The translations under genes were made by a program, and so were the position numbers. Under the pieces are notes generated by a model. It did not search any database. It saw only the letters and a program-made list of their open reading frames with translations, and was not told the DNA's origin. Positions 1 through 13,859 of a stretch of DNA of 64,000 bases are shown one piece after another. This DNA is from the human T2T-CHM13v2.0 reference genome, Homo sapiens: assembly GCF_009914755.1 (NCBI RefSeq), contig NC_060937.1; one strand, given 5' to 3'. The first letter of the stretch is position 1. The number at the start of each line of letters is the position of its first letter.

Positions 1-1435
1 TTCCTGTTTCATTTAGAAGCTTTATAATTTGGAGAAATTGTCATGAAAATTTTTTAAATGGTAATACCTTCTATTAAATTCAAATACTTAGTATTCATCA
101 TAAACTTTATAGTCATTAATTAATAGACACTACAGAGTAGGTGATAATCAAGTATTGTTATCAGTTTACAAAGAAGGTACTATACCAACCTGTGAACACA
201 AAATAGGTTAGTAACACGTTAATATTCTATGCACTAACTGCTTTTATTTCCTCTTCAATTATCTCTTAAAATGAATCACATGGAAACAAAAGGAGATTTT
301 TTTTTTTTTTGCATAATGAGATCAAATTTTAGGATAAATAGCAACTAGGTGATAATTAATTAAGGATAATAATAATAATTAAATTAAAGACATCTCATCA
401 CAGATCTTATCTCTGAAAACACCTCAAATCAACAAGGAGGGAGAAAAGAAAACAGAAAAGAAACTATCTCCTATGAAACCAGAAGTCGTCCATAACTCTC
501 AACTTCAGTTCTAAGTGTTATAGGTAGAATGAATAGTACACTAGACAACAATGAGCAAGTCAGGAGCACTTGTAGGCCTGTCATGGCAAAGCTCAATAGT
601 CATGTAGAAATATCAGAGAAAAGCAGGAATTGCAAATGAGGTCAGGGTTAATTTAGAAATGTGGATGTGTCTTGCCGCCAAAGCAAGCCAAACCAAACTG
701 AGCCAACCTACCTACCAACCCATACAAAAAGACAAGCAAATCAAAACAAAAACAAAAAAAAACCCAAACATCTAAGAGCATTTGTCTGTCTCTGTGACAC
801 ATTGCAGAGAAATCAGGAGGTGTTAATCAGCTTGCCAGTTAAATTTTCTGATGAAAGGAATTATAATAATGGTTACAAAAGGATAATGAAAATCTATAAC
901 ATGTTGGCCTTTTCTCTGACCCAAACAAATATCTTCGAGGAGAGGAAGGAGACATAACCACAAAGCACAGTATCTGTGAGATGGTGTTCAGTGTTAACTT
1001 AAAACAATGTAAATGATTTGCATTTTCAGTTCACTTCCTGGGATGTTTTTTCCCATGCCTTTATAAACAGATGACCAAGAATAAATGTTACATATTCAAG
1101 GAAGGTTAGCATTTAAAAAAACTTAATCATGAGACGTACTCAGTTGCACTAATAAAACGGGCCAAGAAGCAAAGTGATGATGGAAAATAAAACAAAATTT
1201 TATATCATAAAACAAGTTAAAGTTATAAACAAATCTTTATTTTTGAAAGCTTGGAACTTCAAGATTGTAGGTGTTCAAGAATAGATACTGAGACAACAGA
1301 AGGCAATAAAAATTGAACTGGCAGTGTTCTGGATACAAACAAATAGCAGAAAGCAAATAATTAGATAAACTAATTATAAGAAAACATAAGAATTAATATT
1401 TCAAATGGCAAATATACAAAATACATAATACTAAA

Positions 1436-1783
1436 TATTATGAACTGAATATGTTCCCCAAAATTCCTATGTTGAAATTAAAATTAAATCCCCAAGGTCA
1501 TGGTATTAAGCAGAAGGACCTTTTGAACATGATTCTGTCATGAGGGCACAGCTCTCATAAACAGGATTACTGGCATTACAAAGCCAACTCCAGAAACCCC
1601 CTCTCCTTTGTGCCCTGTGAGGACAAAGTTTGAGAAGACAATGTCATGAATGAGTAAATGAGCCCTCAACAGACACCAGATTTTCCTGATCAGGAACTAT
1701 CTAGCATCCAAAACTATGAGAAATAAATTTCTGTTGTTTATAAGCCACCCATTTATGATATTTTGTCCAAACAGACTAAGATA
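1436..1783 (+). mobile_element. MaLR solo LTR, MLT1A0-like
   Basis: Typical MLT1A motifs (CCCCAAAATTCCTATGTTGAAAT; CATGAGGGCACAGCTCTCAT; AGAAATAAATTTCTGTTGTTTATAAGCCACCC; GACTAAGATA end); 5-bp TSD CTAAA/CTAAT. Confidence 0.85.
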
Positions 1784-2178
1784 CTAATTTAGAAGGATTA
1801 GATAAAAATAAGACAAATACAAATTACTTATAACCCTTTTGAAATAACACAAGGACCTTAATTCATCCCCACTCACTTTCTATGAATTTGTGTAATACTC
1901 TCATATATTTCACCTCTGCATGTTGTACATCCACAAGCCATTGCTGTTGTTCTTCTTATTGTTTTCCAACACCAGTGTAAATTTTGCTATACTTACATTG
2001 CTTTTTATTCCTCCTTGAATTTCTGTGTTTCTATCGGAAATGATCTTCATTGTGACTGAAAAAATTCTCTTTTGTATTTTTTTATAGTGTAGTTCTAACA
2101 ATATCAAATTCTGCAAGCTTGTTTGTTTAAAAATATCTTCACTTTACTTTAGGTGTACAGAATTCTACATCAACAAGA

Positions 2179-3163
2179 TTTTTATGTCCTTTTAAAGTAT
2201 TATGGATACATACTAGTTATGCATATTTATGGACTACGTGTGATGTTTTGAAATAAAAATACAATATGTCACACTTAAATCAAGGTAATTAGGTTATCCG
2301 TCACCTCAAACATTTATTATTTCTTTGTGTTAGGAACATTTCAATTCTACTCTTTCAGTTATTTTGAAATATACAATAGATTATTGCATATTTAATTGTT
2401 ATGTACAATAAATTGTATATTTAATATATTTATTGTACATTTTAAAATATACAATAAACTGTTTACAATAGACAATAAATTATTGTATATTTACAATAGA
2501 CAATAAATTATTGTATTTTTACAATATACAATAGTTGCCCTATTGTGCCACCGAACACTAGATTTTATTCTTTCTACCTCTATTTTTGTACCCATTAACT
2601 ATGTCCTCTTTGCTGTCCCCTCTCCACTACCCTTCCCACCCTCTGATAAGCATCACTCTACTCTCCTTTCCTTGAGTTCAATATTTTTAGCTTCCACATA
2701 TTTAATGAGAACATGCAAAATTATATCTTTATGTGCCTGATTTATTTTACTTAATGTAATATCTTCCAGTTCTATCCATCGTCTTACCCCGGTTCAAATA
2801 GTTTTTATTTTTAATCAAAAAGACAGGCAATAACAACTGCTGACAAGGATGTATAGTAAGGGGAACCCTCGTACACTGTTGGTGAGAATGTAAATTACTA
2901 GAGCCATTATAGAACAGTGTGAAGGTTTCTCAGAAAAACTAAAAATAGGACTATCGTATGATCCAGCAATCCTACTGCTGTGAATATATTTAAAGTAAAG
3001 GAAATCAATATACCTAAACAGATATCTGCACTCCCATGTTTATTGCAGCACTATTCACAATAGCCAAGATATGGAACCAATCTACAAGTCTATCAATAGA
3101 TGAATACATTAAAAAATACACAATACAATATTATTCAGCCATAAAAGGATGGAAATATTGTAA
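2179..3163 (-). mobile_element. 5'-truncated, 5'-inverted L1MA (L1MA5-like), twin-priming structure
   Basis: L1MA 3' end on minus (~2179-2782) joined to a plus-strand ORF2-end segment (~2783-3163) whose outer end (GAAATATTGTAA) lies next to the minus-part breakpoint in L1 coordinates; degenerate TSD TCAACAAGATTTTT (2170-2183) / TAAACAGAGATTTT (3161-3174). Confidence 0.8.
2380..2533. repeat. AT-rich tandem expansion inside the L1MA 3' UTR (unit ~28 bp TTTACAATAGACAATAAATTATTGTATA)
   Basis: Unit visible twice at ~2462-2517, with degenerate copies on both sides. Confidence 0.75.
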
Positions 3164-4109
3164 ACAGAGATTTTATTTTTGATTGTTTTATTTTCTTTTA
3201 GTGATTGCCAGCTTTTAACAATATATTATTCCATTATATTCTGTTTTTCATAGTTTTAATTCAGAAGTCCACCATCCGCCTCAACTTCTTTGAAAGCAAT
3301 ATATCTTTTTGGTCTGTCTGCTTTTAATCTTTTTTTCTAGCAGTTTACTGCTTGTGAATGACCTTCTTTGCATTTCCCTGTGACACTAAAATTGCACTAA
3401 GTATATTTCCTGGTTCTATAGTTTATTTTACTCTTTTTTAATCAATTAGGGTTACTATTGTTTTAGATCTTTGATACTTTGATAAATATTTTCATTACTA
3501 CTTGATCATAAAAAACTGTGCATTAAACTTAAAAATTCATGAATACATGCACAAGGGATGGTCTTATAGTGCAGTTAAATTATAGCTGGCAAAGAAAAAA
3601 ATATATACCTAATTAGTTCTGTTTTGAATGTCAGCCATTTTTTCCCCAGTTATCCAATCTACATCTTCAATGTTACTTTCTCAAATGTATTTGTAAGAAA
3701 TCAAAAGAGAGTCTAAATCATGAATTGTTAAGTTTTAGTATTCATATTATGTGAATATTAATACAACATTTTGTAACTGACACATTTGTAGTTTATCATT
3801 TTCTAGCATTTTATTTACTATTTTTTATGTACCAAAGACTGCATTTGCAACAATTTCCAGAGTATACATTCTTTCTAATTTGAAGAGAAATAAATGGAAA
3901 TGTATTACCATAAACCATCTCCAGATACATAAACTAAGATATGACATTCCCACCTAATCATGATTCTTACAGAAATTATAATAATGAATATCTATCTATA
4001 TATACTAATAATGTATATGTGTGTATATAGACATATATATGAAGAAACATAAGCCAATAAAAGTAAAAGACTATATATATATAGGTTTATGTTTCTTCAA
4101 GGCGCACTA

Positions 4110-4605
4110 CAAGTATGCATGTAATCATCATACAGCTATTATGGAAATCAGTATGTAGGGTCCTCAAAAAACTACAAATAGAACTACCATATGAACCACA
4201 ATTCCACTTCTAGGTTTATATCCAAAGGAATGAAAATCAATATGTCAAAGAGATATCTGTAGTTTAACGTTAATAGTGGCATTACTTAAAATATCCAAAA
4301 TATGTAATCAATCTAAGTGTATCAATAAATATCTTGATAAAGAAAATGAGGTATATGTACACAATGGCATACTGTTCAGCCTTAAAAAATAAGGAAATCT
4401 TTTTATGAGTGACAAAGTAGCTGAATTTGGAGGAGCTTATGCTAAGTAAAATAAATTAAGCACAGAAAAACATATACCACATTATCTCACTTACACATGA
4501 AATGTAAAATGGTCAAACTGATACAAGCAGAGAATAGAACGGTGGTTAGCAGAGGCTGGGAGTCGATGGTGGGGTATGGGGGTAGGAAAGGGGGAGAAGT
4601 TAGTC
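4110..4605 (+). mobile_element. L1MA/L1MB fragment (ORF2 end and start of 3' UTR)
   Basis: ATAGAACTACCATATGAACC, CAAAGAGATATCTG, ACAATGGCATACTGTTCAGCCTTAAAAA, AGCAGAGAATAGAACGGTGGTT. Confidence 0.8.
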
Positions 4606-5141
4606 TTGAACTTATTAAGTCTTAGTATAAGTGTGTCCATTTAACACTGCCTGTACAAATTAGGAGCAGCATGCATTATATCTCAGATCAGAATTTAACT
4701 TTTTTAATGTTATGTACCATTTTTGATTTTAGTTAAAAGAATGTTTAAGAGAAGCTGACCTTCAATAAGTTGCCATGTTTCAGTGAAAATTAAATTATAT
4801 ATTAATAAATCATTTTTAAGTTAACATAATGTCTACCTTAAAAAAAACTCATAAAATCAGAGTAACCATTTTAATAAGCATATTTCAGAAATACTTTCCA
4901 TTGTAGGCATATTCCAGAAGTTTTAACAGCATGCTAATGATACTCCCACTCAAATTTAAATACATATATGCAGGAGAAAAAAACCCATCATCATGGAAGG
5001 TAATTAAAGGTAGAAATAAAATCAAGACAATTCTTAAAATATATTTTAAATCTTTCTCATTAATCAGTCGTTTTTCAAATGTAAATTGTCTAAGAAACAT
5101 TTGATTGACTACTGTGTTCAAGACTCTTAACATTATCCTGG

Positions 5142-5674
5142 TGCATTGCTTCAGGTTCTTCTGAAAGCCATGTCTGAGACAAGATCTTGGAGCAGGTAGT
5201 TGATTTAGAGATGATCACAGGAAGCAGGGGTATGCGTGTGGTGAGAATGAGATGGGACAAGATTAAAAGCCACAACAAGGCTGCCCTATTAAATTCACTG
5301 TTGTAGGCTGTGGGAGTTGCTTCTTTCTGAATCTGAGAAAATTAGAGACGAAATTTGGAAGCATCCACCTGAAATATTGGTGGCTTAGATTTTTATTTAC
5401 TGGCTCCTGAGCCCCTTTATTTGAAGGTCACCACTAGATATGTTATCTTCTTCAGGGGGTTTAAGTGTAGTGTACTTTGAACATGCAGGGAGCTTGCTCC
5501 GGGTATGAGAAAAAGTCCCAGAGCAAATGCAGAAGATGAGCAATAGGCACTCGTGGGGGCAGGTACTGGCAATGTGAAATGAGCCTGAGGTCACATAGAA
5601 TTTTTTAGCCATTCTAGCTGAGATCAGCTGAGGACTAAGGAAATATAATGCAGACAGTAGAAGTATTTACCACA
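5142..5674 (-). mobile_element. ERVL LTR, LTR33-like
   Basis: CTGAGACAAGATCTTGGAGCAGGTAGTTGATTTAGAGATGATCACAGGAAGCA resembles the antisense LTR33 3' end; terminates in TACCACA. Confidence 0.6.
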
Positions 5675-5870
5675 CCTGGAAATATAAAAATGAGTAAGCA
5701 CAAGTAACTGAAGGAACTATTTAGAAGTCTGGAAGAAGATACTGGCTTTTAAATGAAAACTTAACAAAAAAAAGGAATCATGTAAAACAGAGTTATGTAA
5801 GAACAAAAATGCTCCAAGTGTTAAAGACTACATTTACTAAGTAAGGAGTTATTGGTTACTGATTGCCAAG

Positions 5871-6387
5871 TATATTAGCTTCCTATTGCTGCTGAAATGA
5901 ATGACCACAAATATCATGACTTAAAACAACACAAAGTTATATCCTTACAATTCTGGGAGCCATAAGTTCAAAATCAGTTATATTGAGCTAAAGTGATTAT
6001 GTCCACAGGACTGGTTCCTTCAGGAGGCTATAGGAGAAAATCTGTTTCTTTGCCTTTTCCATCTTCTAATTCTGCCCTACATTCCATGTCTCACGCCCCA
6101 CCCCATACCCCATCTTTAAAGCCAGTCAATGTAGCATCTCTCCTCTTTGAGCTCTGCTTCCATCCTTACAACTTTTCTCTCCCTGACTCTAAGTCTACTG
6201 CTTCTCTCTTACAAAGATCCTTGTGATGATATTGAACCTACCTGGATAATTCAGTGTCATCTCTCCATTTCAAGATTATTAACTTAATCACATCTGAAAG
6301 TCCATTTTTCTGTATAAGCTAATTCATTTACAAGTTCCTGGATTAAGATAAGGATATCACTGAGAGGCCATTACTCAGCCTACCACA
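5871..6387 (-). mobile_element. MaLR solo LTR, MLT1D-like
   Basis: TATTAGCTTCCTATTGCTGCT...TTAAAACAACACAAA...GCCATTACTCAGCCTACCACA; ~517 bp; degenerate TSD CCAAG/CCAGA. Confidence 0.85.
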
Positions 6388-8245
6388 CCAGATACATTTG
6401 AAGTAAAAATAAAATTTGAGAATTTTACCAGAGAACGAATGAATAAAATCTAGCTATTCTTTGATGCTCTGGTGTTTTGTAAAACTCACATGTAGTTCTA
6501 CCTACTTCTCCAATGGTGTCAAAGTTTTGATTTAAGACAAACTTTCCATGAAATTTAAACATCTCCAAAATGCAAATGAAAAAAAAATGTGGATGAATTA
6601 CTCCAGATCAATTTCATAATTTTCTCTGGGCAAAATAGTTTTTTGTGCCATTCAAATCTATGTTTGGACATAAAGAGTTGGGTTGAATATTCTTTAACAA
6701 CTACCTAAAAAATTCACTCTTCTTTTCCTGTTATTCAGAAAATATTTAGGATCACTTATTCATTTCCCCAAAACATGTAATACATTCCATGTTTATTGTG
6801 AGGACTACTTATTTCACTTATTTACTACTGTTTTATCCCCTTTAAGTAATAAGAACATAATTGCTGGCAAATATCCATAAACAGGACATTTTGGAAAAGC
6901 TGTTTCTCTAAGTCAGGGTATAAAGCTTCCTTTGATGCCAGAAATATATTTCAGTTCTATATCTGATTGTCATAGCAAACGTCAGGAAAGAGCAGTTTTA
7001 AGTACGTTTTCATAAAAAGCCTATAGTGTGCAGTGGATTTCATTATGTTGACTAACGGGTGCATTTTGTAGTATAGTTTCAGTGACTCAAAGTCCAGATA
7101 TTCTCCAGTGATTTATAATTCTGATTATTAGGATCTTCTGCATGAGGAACCAGCCATTTCATCAGAGTTCTCACTTGTGCAATTCTCTATCTTGAATCAA
7201 ACCTGTTTGTGGAATGAAAGATTTAAGAAAGCTTTCTAAATTTTTCAAAAACATAACACTAAATCTACATTTTCAACCTACACTCTCAGCAGATTTAAAA
7301 GTTACAATTAGAATTTGCTAAATAAGTGTTTGTATTCTGTCATTCATTGGATACACAAACCACACACACATACACATAATCAAGTACAAACCCACAAGCA
7401 CAGTTACTCTGCCAATTAAAAGATGCTTTATTATTAAATATTATCTGGAAAATTCCCATAAAATTATTACCAAAAGTACCATGAAAAGCAGTTGTAAATA
7501 AAAAATTATACCTTGGAATACTCCAACATGAATTTTGAAAAATAATTATTCATACCTTTACAATTTCATTATTAATACAGAAAAGAACATACATTGTAAG
7601 ACTACGTTATTACTGTACCCAGATCATGAAGCAAAACATTGCCAAACCTCAGAATTCTCTCAGTGCGCCTTTTTGATTTCTAACAGCATGAATTATTTGC
7701 CACTTTTTGTCTTTTATTTAAGTGCAATTCTGTAACAGTCAGAGTTGTGACTCACTTCATACGGCTTTGATTATGCACTGATGATTTGGAAGGTCCTGTC
7801 TTCTGTCTCTGGGAAGATGTTAGTATCTGATTTAAGGAATGCTAATTTTGTGATATTGAAGACAACTATGCAATGTAAGTCTTTTTATAATATATTTTTA
7901 AAACCTCCAAAGTAATCAAATGATACACAATTTTATACATGCAAATTGATTTTTAAGATACAATCAGTGTCATCCAGAACATTGGGCATATCACGTGGAT
8001 TACAAAGTTACAACCTCTGCAAATACATCTTGTAATCAAGAAGATGCACATTTGTTTTTAGTGGCTTCAATATATTCAAGACAGCTGGGGTTTTAGAGAA
8101 CTATTCATTTTAGTTTAAAGACATTTTTTAAAGATTTAAAGGAATATGCTAAAGTCACCCCAAGTTACCCTATGCATTAAAAAAATGCCATTCTGGAAAC
8201 CCCCAAACACTTTTTTTAAGTGGTGACCATCATAATTTAAAATCA

Positions 8246-8610
<365 letters not shown>

Positions 8611-8929
8611 TTAATTAAAAATATTTTAGGGGAAAACCATTAATTTATAAGGGTTCTCTTAAAATATTATGTCAGTATTAACAAATGGAATTTTTCTGTC
8701 CTTGCCTATATACTATGCGTTGGACAAAGCAGTGTGTCGGACCCTTTTTATGCCAGAATACATTGTAAAAATGGATACACTTTATGTAACTGGAAGAAAT
8801 CAGGCTGGGTCTGGCTGTCTCCAGGGTTACCCAGACACACTGACAGCAAATGGGATCACTAGGTGAGGATCTATTAGAGGCATCCCAGAGTGCTCTTTCA
8901 TACCCATTGGGACCCTTTTGATAAAGCCT

Positions 8930-9112
8930 TCCTACTCAGTGCATTCTGGAGAAAAGCCTGTTTTGAAATTACCTGGGAATTTGTTAGAAATTGGGATGCA
9001 CAGGCTCCACACCATCCCTGCAAAACTTGGTTACATTTTAATAAGATTTTGCATGACAATTGGTACGTTATAATTTTAGAAGTATCACTTAAAAAAGTAA
9101 GAACACTGGTTC
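8930..9112. mobile_element. hAT-Charlie MITE, MER5-like (degraded)
   Basis: ATTACCTGGGAATTTGTTAGAAAT, CATTTTAATAAGAT and AGAACACTG resemble MER5A motifs. Confidence 0.5.
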
Positions 9113-9626
9113 TAAGTTTGGTTTGAAATGGGATAACTAGGATATTTCATTGGTGGAATGGAATAGTTACAATCAGCGTATGTGGATATTTTACTTGCAT
9201 TTTAATACAAATATTTTAAACATGATATAGAGTAATCTCTTTATTAAAACTTGCCATTTCTTATAAATGGTTTCTCGTTTAATGTGTATACCTTTTTCTT
9301 TCCTCATTCTGATTTATCTGTGGAATAGTCAAGTACAACTTTATTAATTTAGCAACTGGGAAAGTAATTTGTCTATGTTTCTATTTAAAAACATATTAAA
9401 ATGTGAGATTAGGTTTTAAGGACATATTAGTTATCCTATAACTTTCTGTTGTCTTAGATAAAAGTATTTTTTTATATCTTTAGCTGTTCATTTATTTCCA
9501 ATTCTTTGTCATGTTTCACAGTGCACTGAAGAGGAAACTCTATTATAATCTTTTGTTTTTGGAGAGATTCTTCAAAAGGGGTTATGAAAAGGAAAGGTGC
9601 ATTTGCCCATTTTAAGAAAGTAAATA

Positions 9627-9858
9627 GAGGTTATTTCTTATTCAAAATACTTGGGATAAGAAGTGTTTCAGGTTTTGGACTTCCTTGGATTTTGGAATAT
9701 TTGCATTATACTTAACAGTTGAGCATCTCTAATCCAATAATCTTACATTGGAAATGCTCCGATAAGTACTTCTTTCATGTTTTATGTTGGTGCTCAGAAA
9801 GTTTTAAGTTTGGGAGCACTTTGGATTTCAAATTTTTGGATTAGTGATGCTTGCCCTG
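9627..9858 (+). mobile_element. TcMar-Tigger MITE, Tigger4a/MER46A-like
   Basis: AGAAGTGTTTCAGG, GGATTTTGGAATATTTGCATTATACTT, GTTGAGCATCTCTAATCC, GGATTAGTGATGCTTGCCCTG end; TA/CA flanks. Confidence 0.85.
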
Positions 9859-10783
9859 CATTTCAGACATTATTTGCAATACACTCTGGGACACTGTTGC
9901 CAAAGCTGCAGTTTGTCTCCTGGAAGTTTTGCTCCCCACTGCTTCCAATGAATCAGAAAAATCTGATGCTACCTGAAAGTTATGAGGTTTCTGTATTAAG
10001 ATTCTATTCTGCTGCTCCACGGAAGTACTTAAATGTTTCTTTTAATTTTTTAGCTAATCATTTTTAAAAATATAATTTCAGGCATGTTTATAAGGTCTTG
10101 AACTTTAATCTAAACTCCTTAGGAGTCTGAAAATATGGAGATTTCTGCTCAAAAGATTCATTTTCATACCGTATCAATCCAGAAATAATGTTTATGTTTA
10201 CCCTAAGTTACTCACGGTTGTTAAAAGCTTCGGTCATTTTCTTCACTACTGACATTACTCTTGAAATTATATACATTTCTGTGTTCAAAGCACATATAAT
10301 AAAAAGGTAATATGTTTTAAGTAAATACTTTATTTAAAATCTCTCCAACAATTTTGTTATCAGCAAAATTTATCTGAAAGGTTAATAGCAATTATCTTTA
10401 CATATATCTGTATTTATTTATTTAATGTCAGATATTTGGTGAAATGTTTCCTTAAAGCAAATAAACAACCAAACAAAGAAGCAAACAAAACAAGGGTATA
10501 AGGCACTTTCTTTGTACTATGGGGGAGGAGATTTTCATGCTACATATTTTTCATTTAGGTGCTGGAATTCTTCAATATTTTAATCTGTGTATGCGGATTG
10601 TGAAATGGAATAGTTAACAATCAGAATATGTGGATATTTTATCTGCATTTGATACAATTATTTTAAACATGAAATAGGATAATCTCCAAATCTCTCAAAT
10701 TTACATATAAATTGTGCAGTTTATGCCCAAAGAAGACACACAACAAATCTTGACATAGGAAATATAGCTACACACTAAGCTAA

Positions 10784-10785
<2 letters not shown>

Positions 10786-10822
<37 letters not shown>
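10786..10822. repeat. (CA)n microsatellite, ~18 units
   Basis: Perfect AC run. Confidence 0.98.
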
Positions 10823-10823
<1 letters not shown>

Positions 10824-11444
10824 TTTAGATTTAGATATAGTGTTTTATGATGTTATAAAAATACCAATGGTAAAAAAATATATAAAACAGTACAAATACT
10901 AAATTAAGTAGTATGCTTTTGGTTTTCTTTGAAAAATGAAAATCTGTCTAAAATACATAGTATGATGTTATCATTTGTAAAATCCTTGGGATTAGCAATG
11001 TCAGAGAGCAAAGTCTTCATCCCTAAATTTGGCATTCCCTATCTGATACTCTCTCAGTTATACTATTTATTAGCTGAATAACTTTGAAAATTACACATTG
11101 CATCTACAATTCATAATACTATAAATTCTATGCTGCTATACATCAGCCTATCAGAAACTTTTTGTTTACATATCATATCATACAATTTCACAATTTGTTG
11201 TTGCATTTTTATGTTATAACTTCATCTTTCTACAGTAGTCATTATATAAAGTCATTAAAATATTTTACAAATATTTCTGAGTCTTACAAATATTCCGACT
11301 AAATATTCACCTGAGAACTTTCTCTTGAAATACTGTGCAAAACAGTGTTGCTTTTTCTGTGGAAATAAATGATTCTTTCTGTCGAAGTAAATGAATTTTT
11401 TGAAGGAGGGGTTATATTTCCCTTTGGAAGCTAAGAAACACACA

Positions 11445-11813
11445 TGTAATACACTGAATGTTTTTGTCCCTCCCAAATTTATGTGTTGAAACCCTAACCC
11501 CTAAAGTGATAGCATTAGGAGATGGAGTTCAGGGAGGTGATCAGGTTTTGAAGGTAGAGCCCTCATGAATGGCAGAAGTACCCTCATAAGACAGACCTGA
11601 AGAGATTCCTTGCCTCTTCCATCATGTGAGGACATAAGGAAAAGACCAGTCTATGAACCAAGAAGTAGGCCCTCACCATACACCATGCACTAAATCTGCA
11701 GCACTTTGGTCTTAGACTTCCCAGCTCCCAGAAATATGAGGAATAAATGTTTGTTATTTATAAGCCATACTATCTATTGTATTTCGTTATAGCAACCCAT
11801 ACAAACTATGACA
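11445..11813 (+). mobile_element. MaLR solo LTR, MLT1A0-like
   Basis: TG start, CTGAATGTTTTTGTCCCTCCCAAATT, AGAGCCCTCATGAATGG, AATAAATGTTTGTTATTTATAAGCCA, ACTATGACA end. Confidence 0.88.
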
Positions 11814-12809
11814 TCTTTAAGAATTACATTTTTCTAACTTACTTTTTGATATTATACTTTTCCCTTTTCCTAAATCTGATTTTATAATTTGATTTTATTT
11901 TCTTCATTTTATCATGCAAAATAGTATAAACCACTTTAAATAAGTTTATGTAGAGAGACAGAAATTAATGGACCAACCAATAAATTAATTAATAAGGTAA
12001 ACCCATGAAAAGTATTTTTAATCTGATAAGATATGAAAGCAGATCACCAATCCTCATTTGAAAAAAATCACTGTAACTGAGACCTTTCATTAATTTTTTA
12101 TGAGTTTAAAGAACACACACTCAAATGTATTCATTTGGCATTCCATCATTTTGAATAGTTATATTCAATATAGTAATAGTATAGTAGATTGTATCTGAAT
12201 GTATTCTATGAAAACTCCAATAGAGAATAACAATAATTTAATTTAAAAAAATTGAAAAAGAGATTGAGTTAAAGGACAGGATGATATAGTTTGCAAATAA
12301 TGTTTAGGAGGGATTTGTTGAGAATTAATAAAAATATTAATATATTTATTAATTGTTCACACAAAGAAAAATAAAGATGAGTAAAAATTCAGTTTAAACT
12401 TCATTGTAGTGAATCCTTTTAATCTTAAATGCAATAATAGTTTATATTTACATAATTATGTTCCTCATTAGTTTCAGGTATGGTTAAAAGTCAGAGAAAA
12501 TAATATGAAGTCTCATTAACCATGACAAGGGACTTGTACATATCAAAACAGGCCTTTAACATTTTTCTCGAGTATATGCCAATTGACTCAGTGAAAATAA
12601 TTTATGACCTCTTAATTTAACACAATGATTTTCCAGAGCTTTCTAATAGACAAGCTACCTATCCCTTTAATTATTTGAACACATTATCAGGACTGTAAAT
12701 AAATATCTTTACTAAATTTTAGTGACATTAAATAGGTTTTTTTTAACACTACAGTGACATTTAATATCTGAAAATAATAATGGTTTTTTTTAGGTTGATG
12801 TTTAATCAA

Positions 12810-13410
12810 CCATTTATTCTTTCCTTTACCCATTCATGCATAAATGTTTAATGTACACCCGCTATGTGCCAGAAACTCTACTAGACGTTGGAGATTTAGC
12901 CAAATAAGAAAAGAAAAAGACAAATAAAAAAACAAGACACACAGGATACTTTTACTGTTAAGAGATAAAGAGGCCATAAATAAGCCAAGAGCTAAATACA
13001 TAATTATAACTTCGGATCAGATAATTATTTTGAGGAAAAAAAGCCACATGCAAGTATAAATGATAGGATTTGGTCATCAGGGAAATTCTCCTGCAGATGC
13101 GACAGTGCCTCAGAGCCCTGCACCAAGTGAGGGAGAATACCTTGAGAAATAAATTGTGAGTCCCGAGATAAACAGCAACTAGAAATTTTTAAGGAAATTT
13201 AAAGGAAAATGGGCTTGACCATAGTTGAGAAGGGAGGAGTGTATTCAAGACAATCATAGTGACAGAAGTCAGAACAGATAAAGTCTTGAGGCAAGGGTAA
13301 GAATTTTAAAATAATTTCCCCAGTAAGTTGGAAGCCATTGTAGAAACTGAGCATTGTTAGTATGTAATCTGAATTGCATTTTTAAGTGATTACTCTGATG
13401 TTTCTGAAAA
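12810..13410 (-). mobile_element. LINE-2 3' fragment
   Basis: CATTCATGCATAAATGTTTAATGTACACCCGCTATGTGCCAGAAACTCTACTAGACGTTGGAGAT matches the antisense L2 tail; GGAAGCCATTGTAG further on. Confidence 0.7.
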
Positions 13411-13859
13411 TGTAAGTCCTATGAAAGACTCGATGATGTGATTTATGTGAATTTGCAGACATGTGCACTGTCACTTTTGAAGCCAGTGTGCAGGGGCAAG
13501 ATCCATTCAGCATCCACTGCTTTTCCCTATACAAGCAGCCAGATGCAGAAGTGGCAGCCCCCTGATAGCTAGGTGTGCAGTAAGAGTCTCTGCAAGAAAT
13601 ATACTCCATGTGACCCATTGGATGATTTTCTAAAATGCACTCAACACTCTCAATTTCTTTAGGTGGAAGGTTTCTATCCTTTTATCTAACCTGCTTGAAA
13701 AGGGGCTTCTGAACCCATGTCAGCTCTGACCAGTCCCACTGAGTCTCTGTCTCTGTCTAACACTATTAGAATCAGATGACCTATTTGCCTTGCTCCTGGA
13801 CATCTCCATAGTCTCTCAAAAGGGTAGGGTTACAACACAGCAATGCTGAGGAACTAATG

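Larger units (their letters stand above)
1960..3360 (-). mobile_element. Ancient L1M fragment (host of the L1MA insertion at 2179-3163)
   Basis: Degenerate T-rich L1-like sequence at ~1960-2178 that resumes at ~3164-3360; boundaries approximate. Confidence 0.4.

Noticed and set aside
661-957. 98-aa ORF with a basic stretch
   Set aside because: GTG start, low-complexity A-rich sequence, no recognisable domain or splice context.
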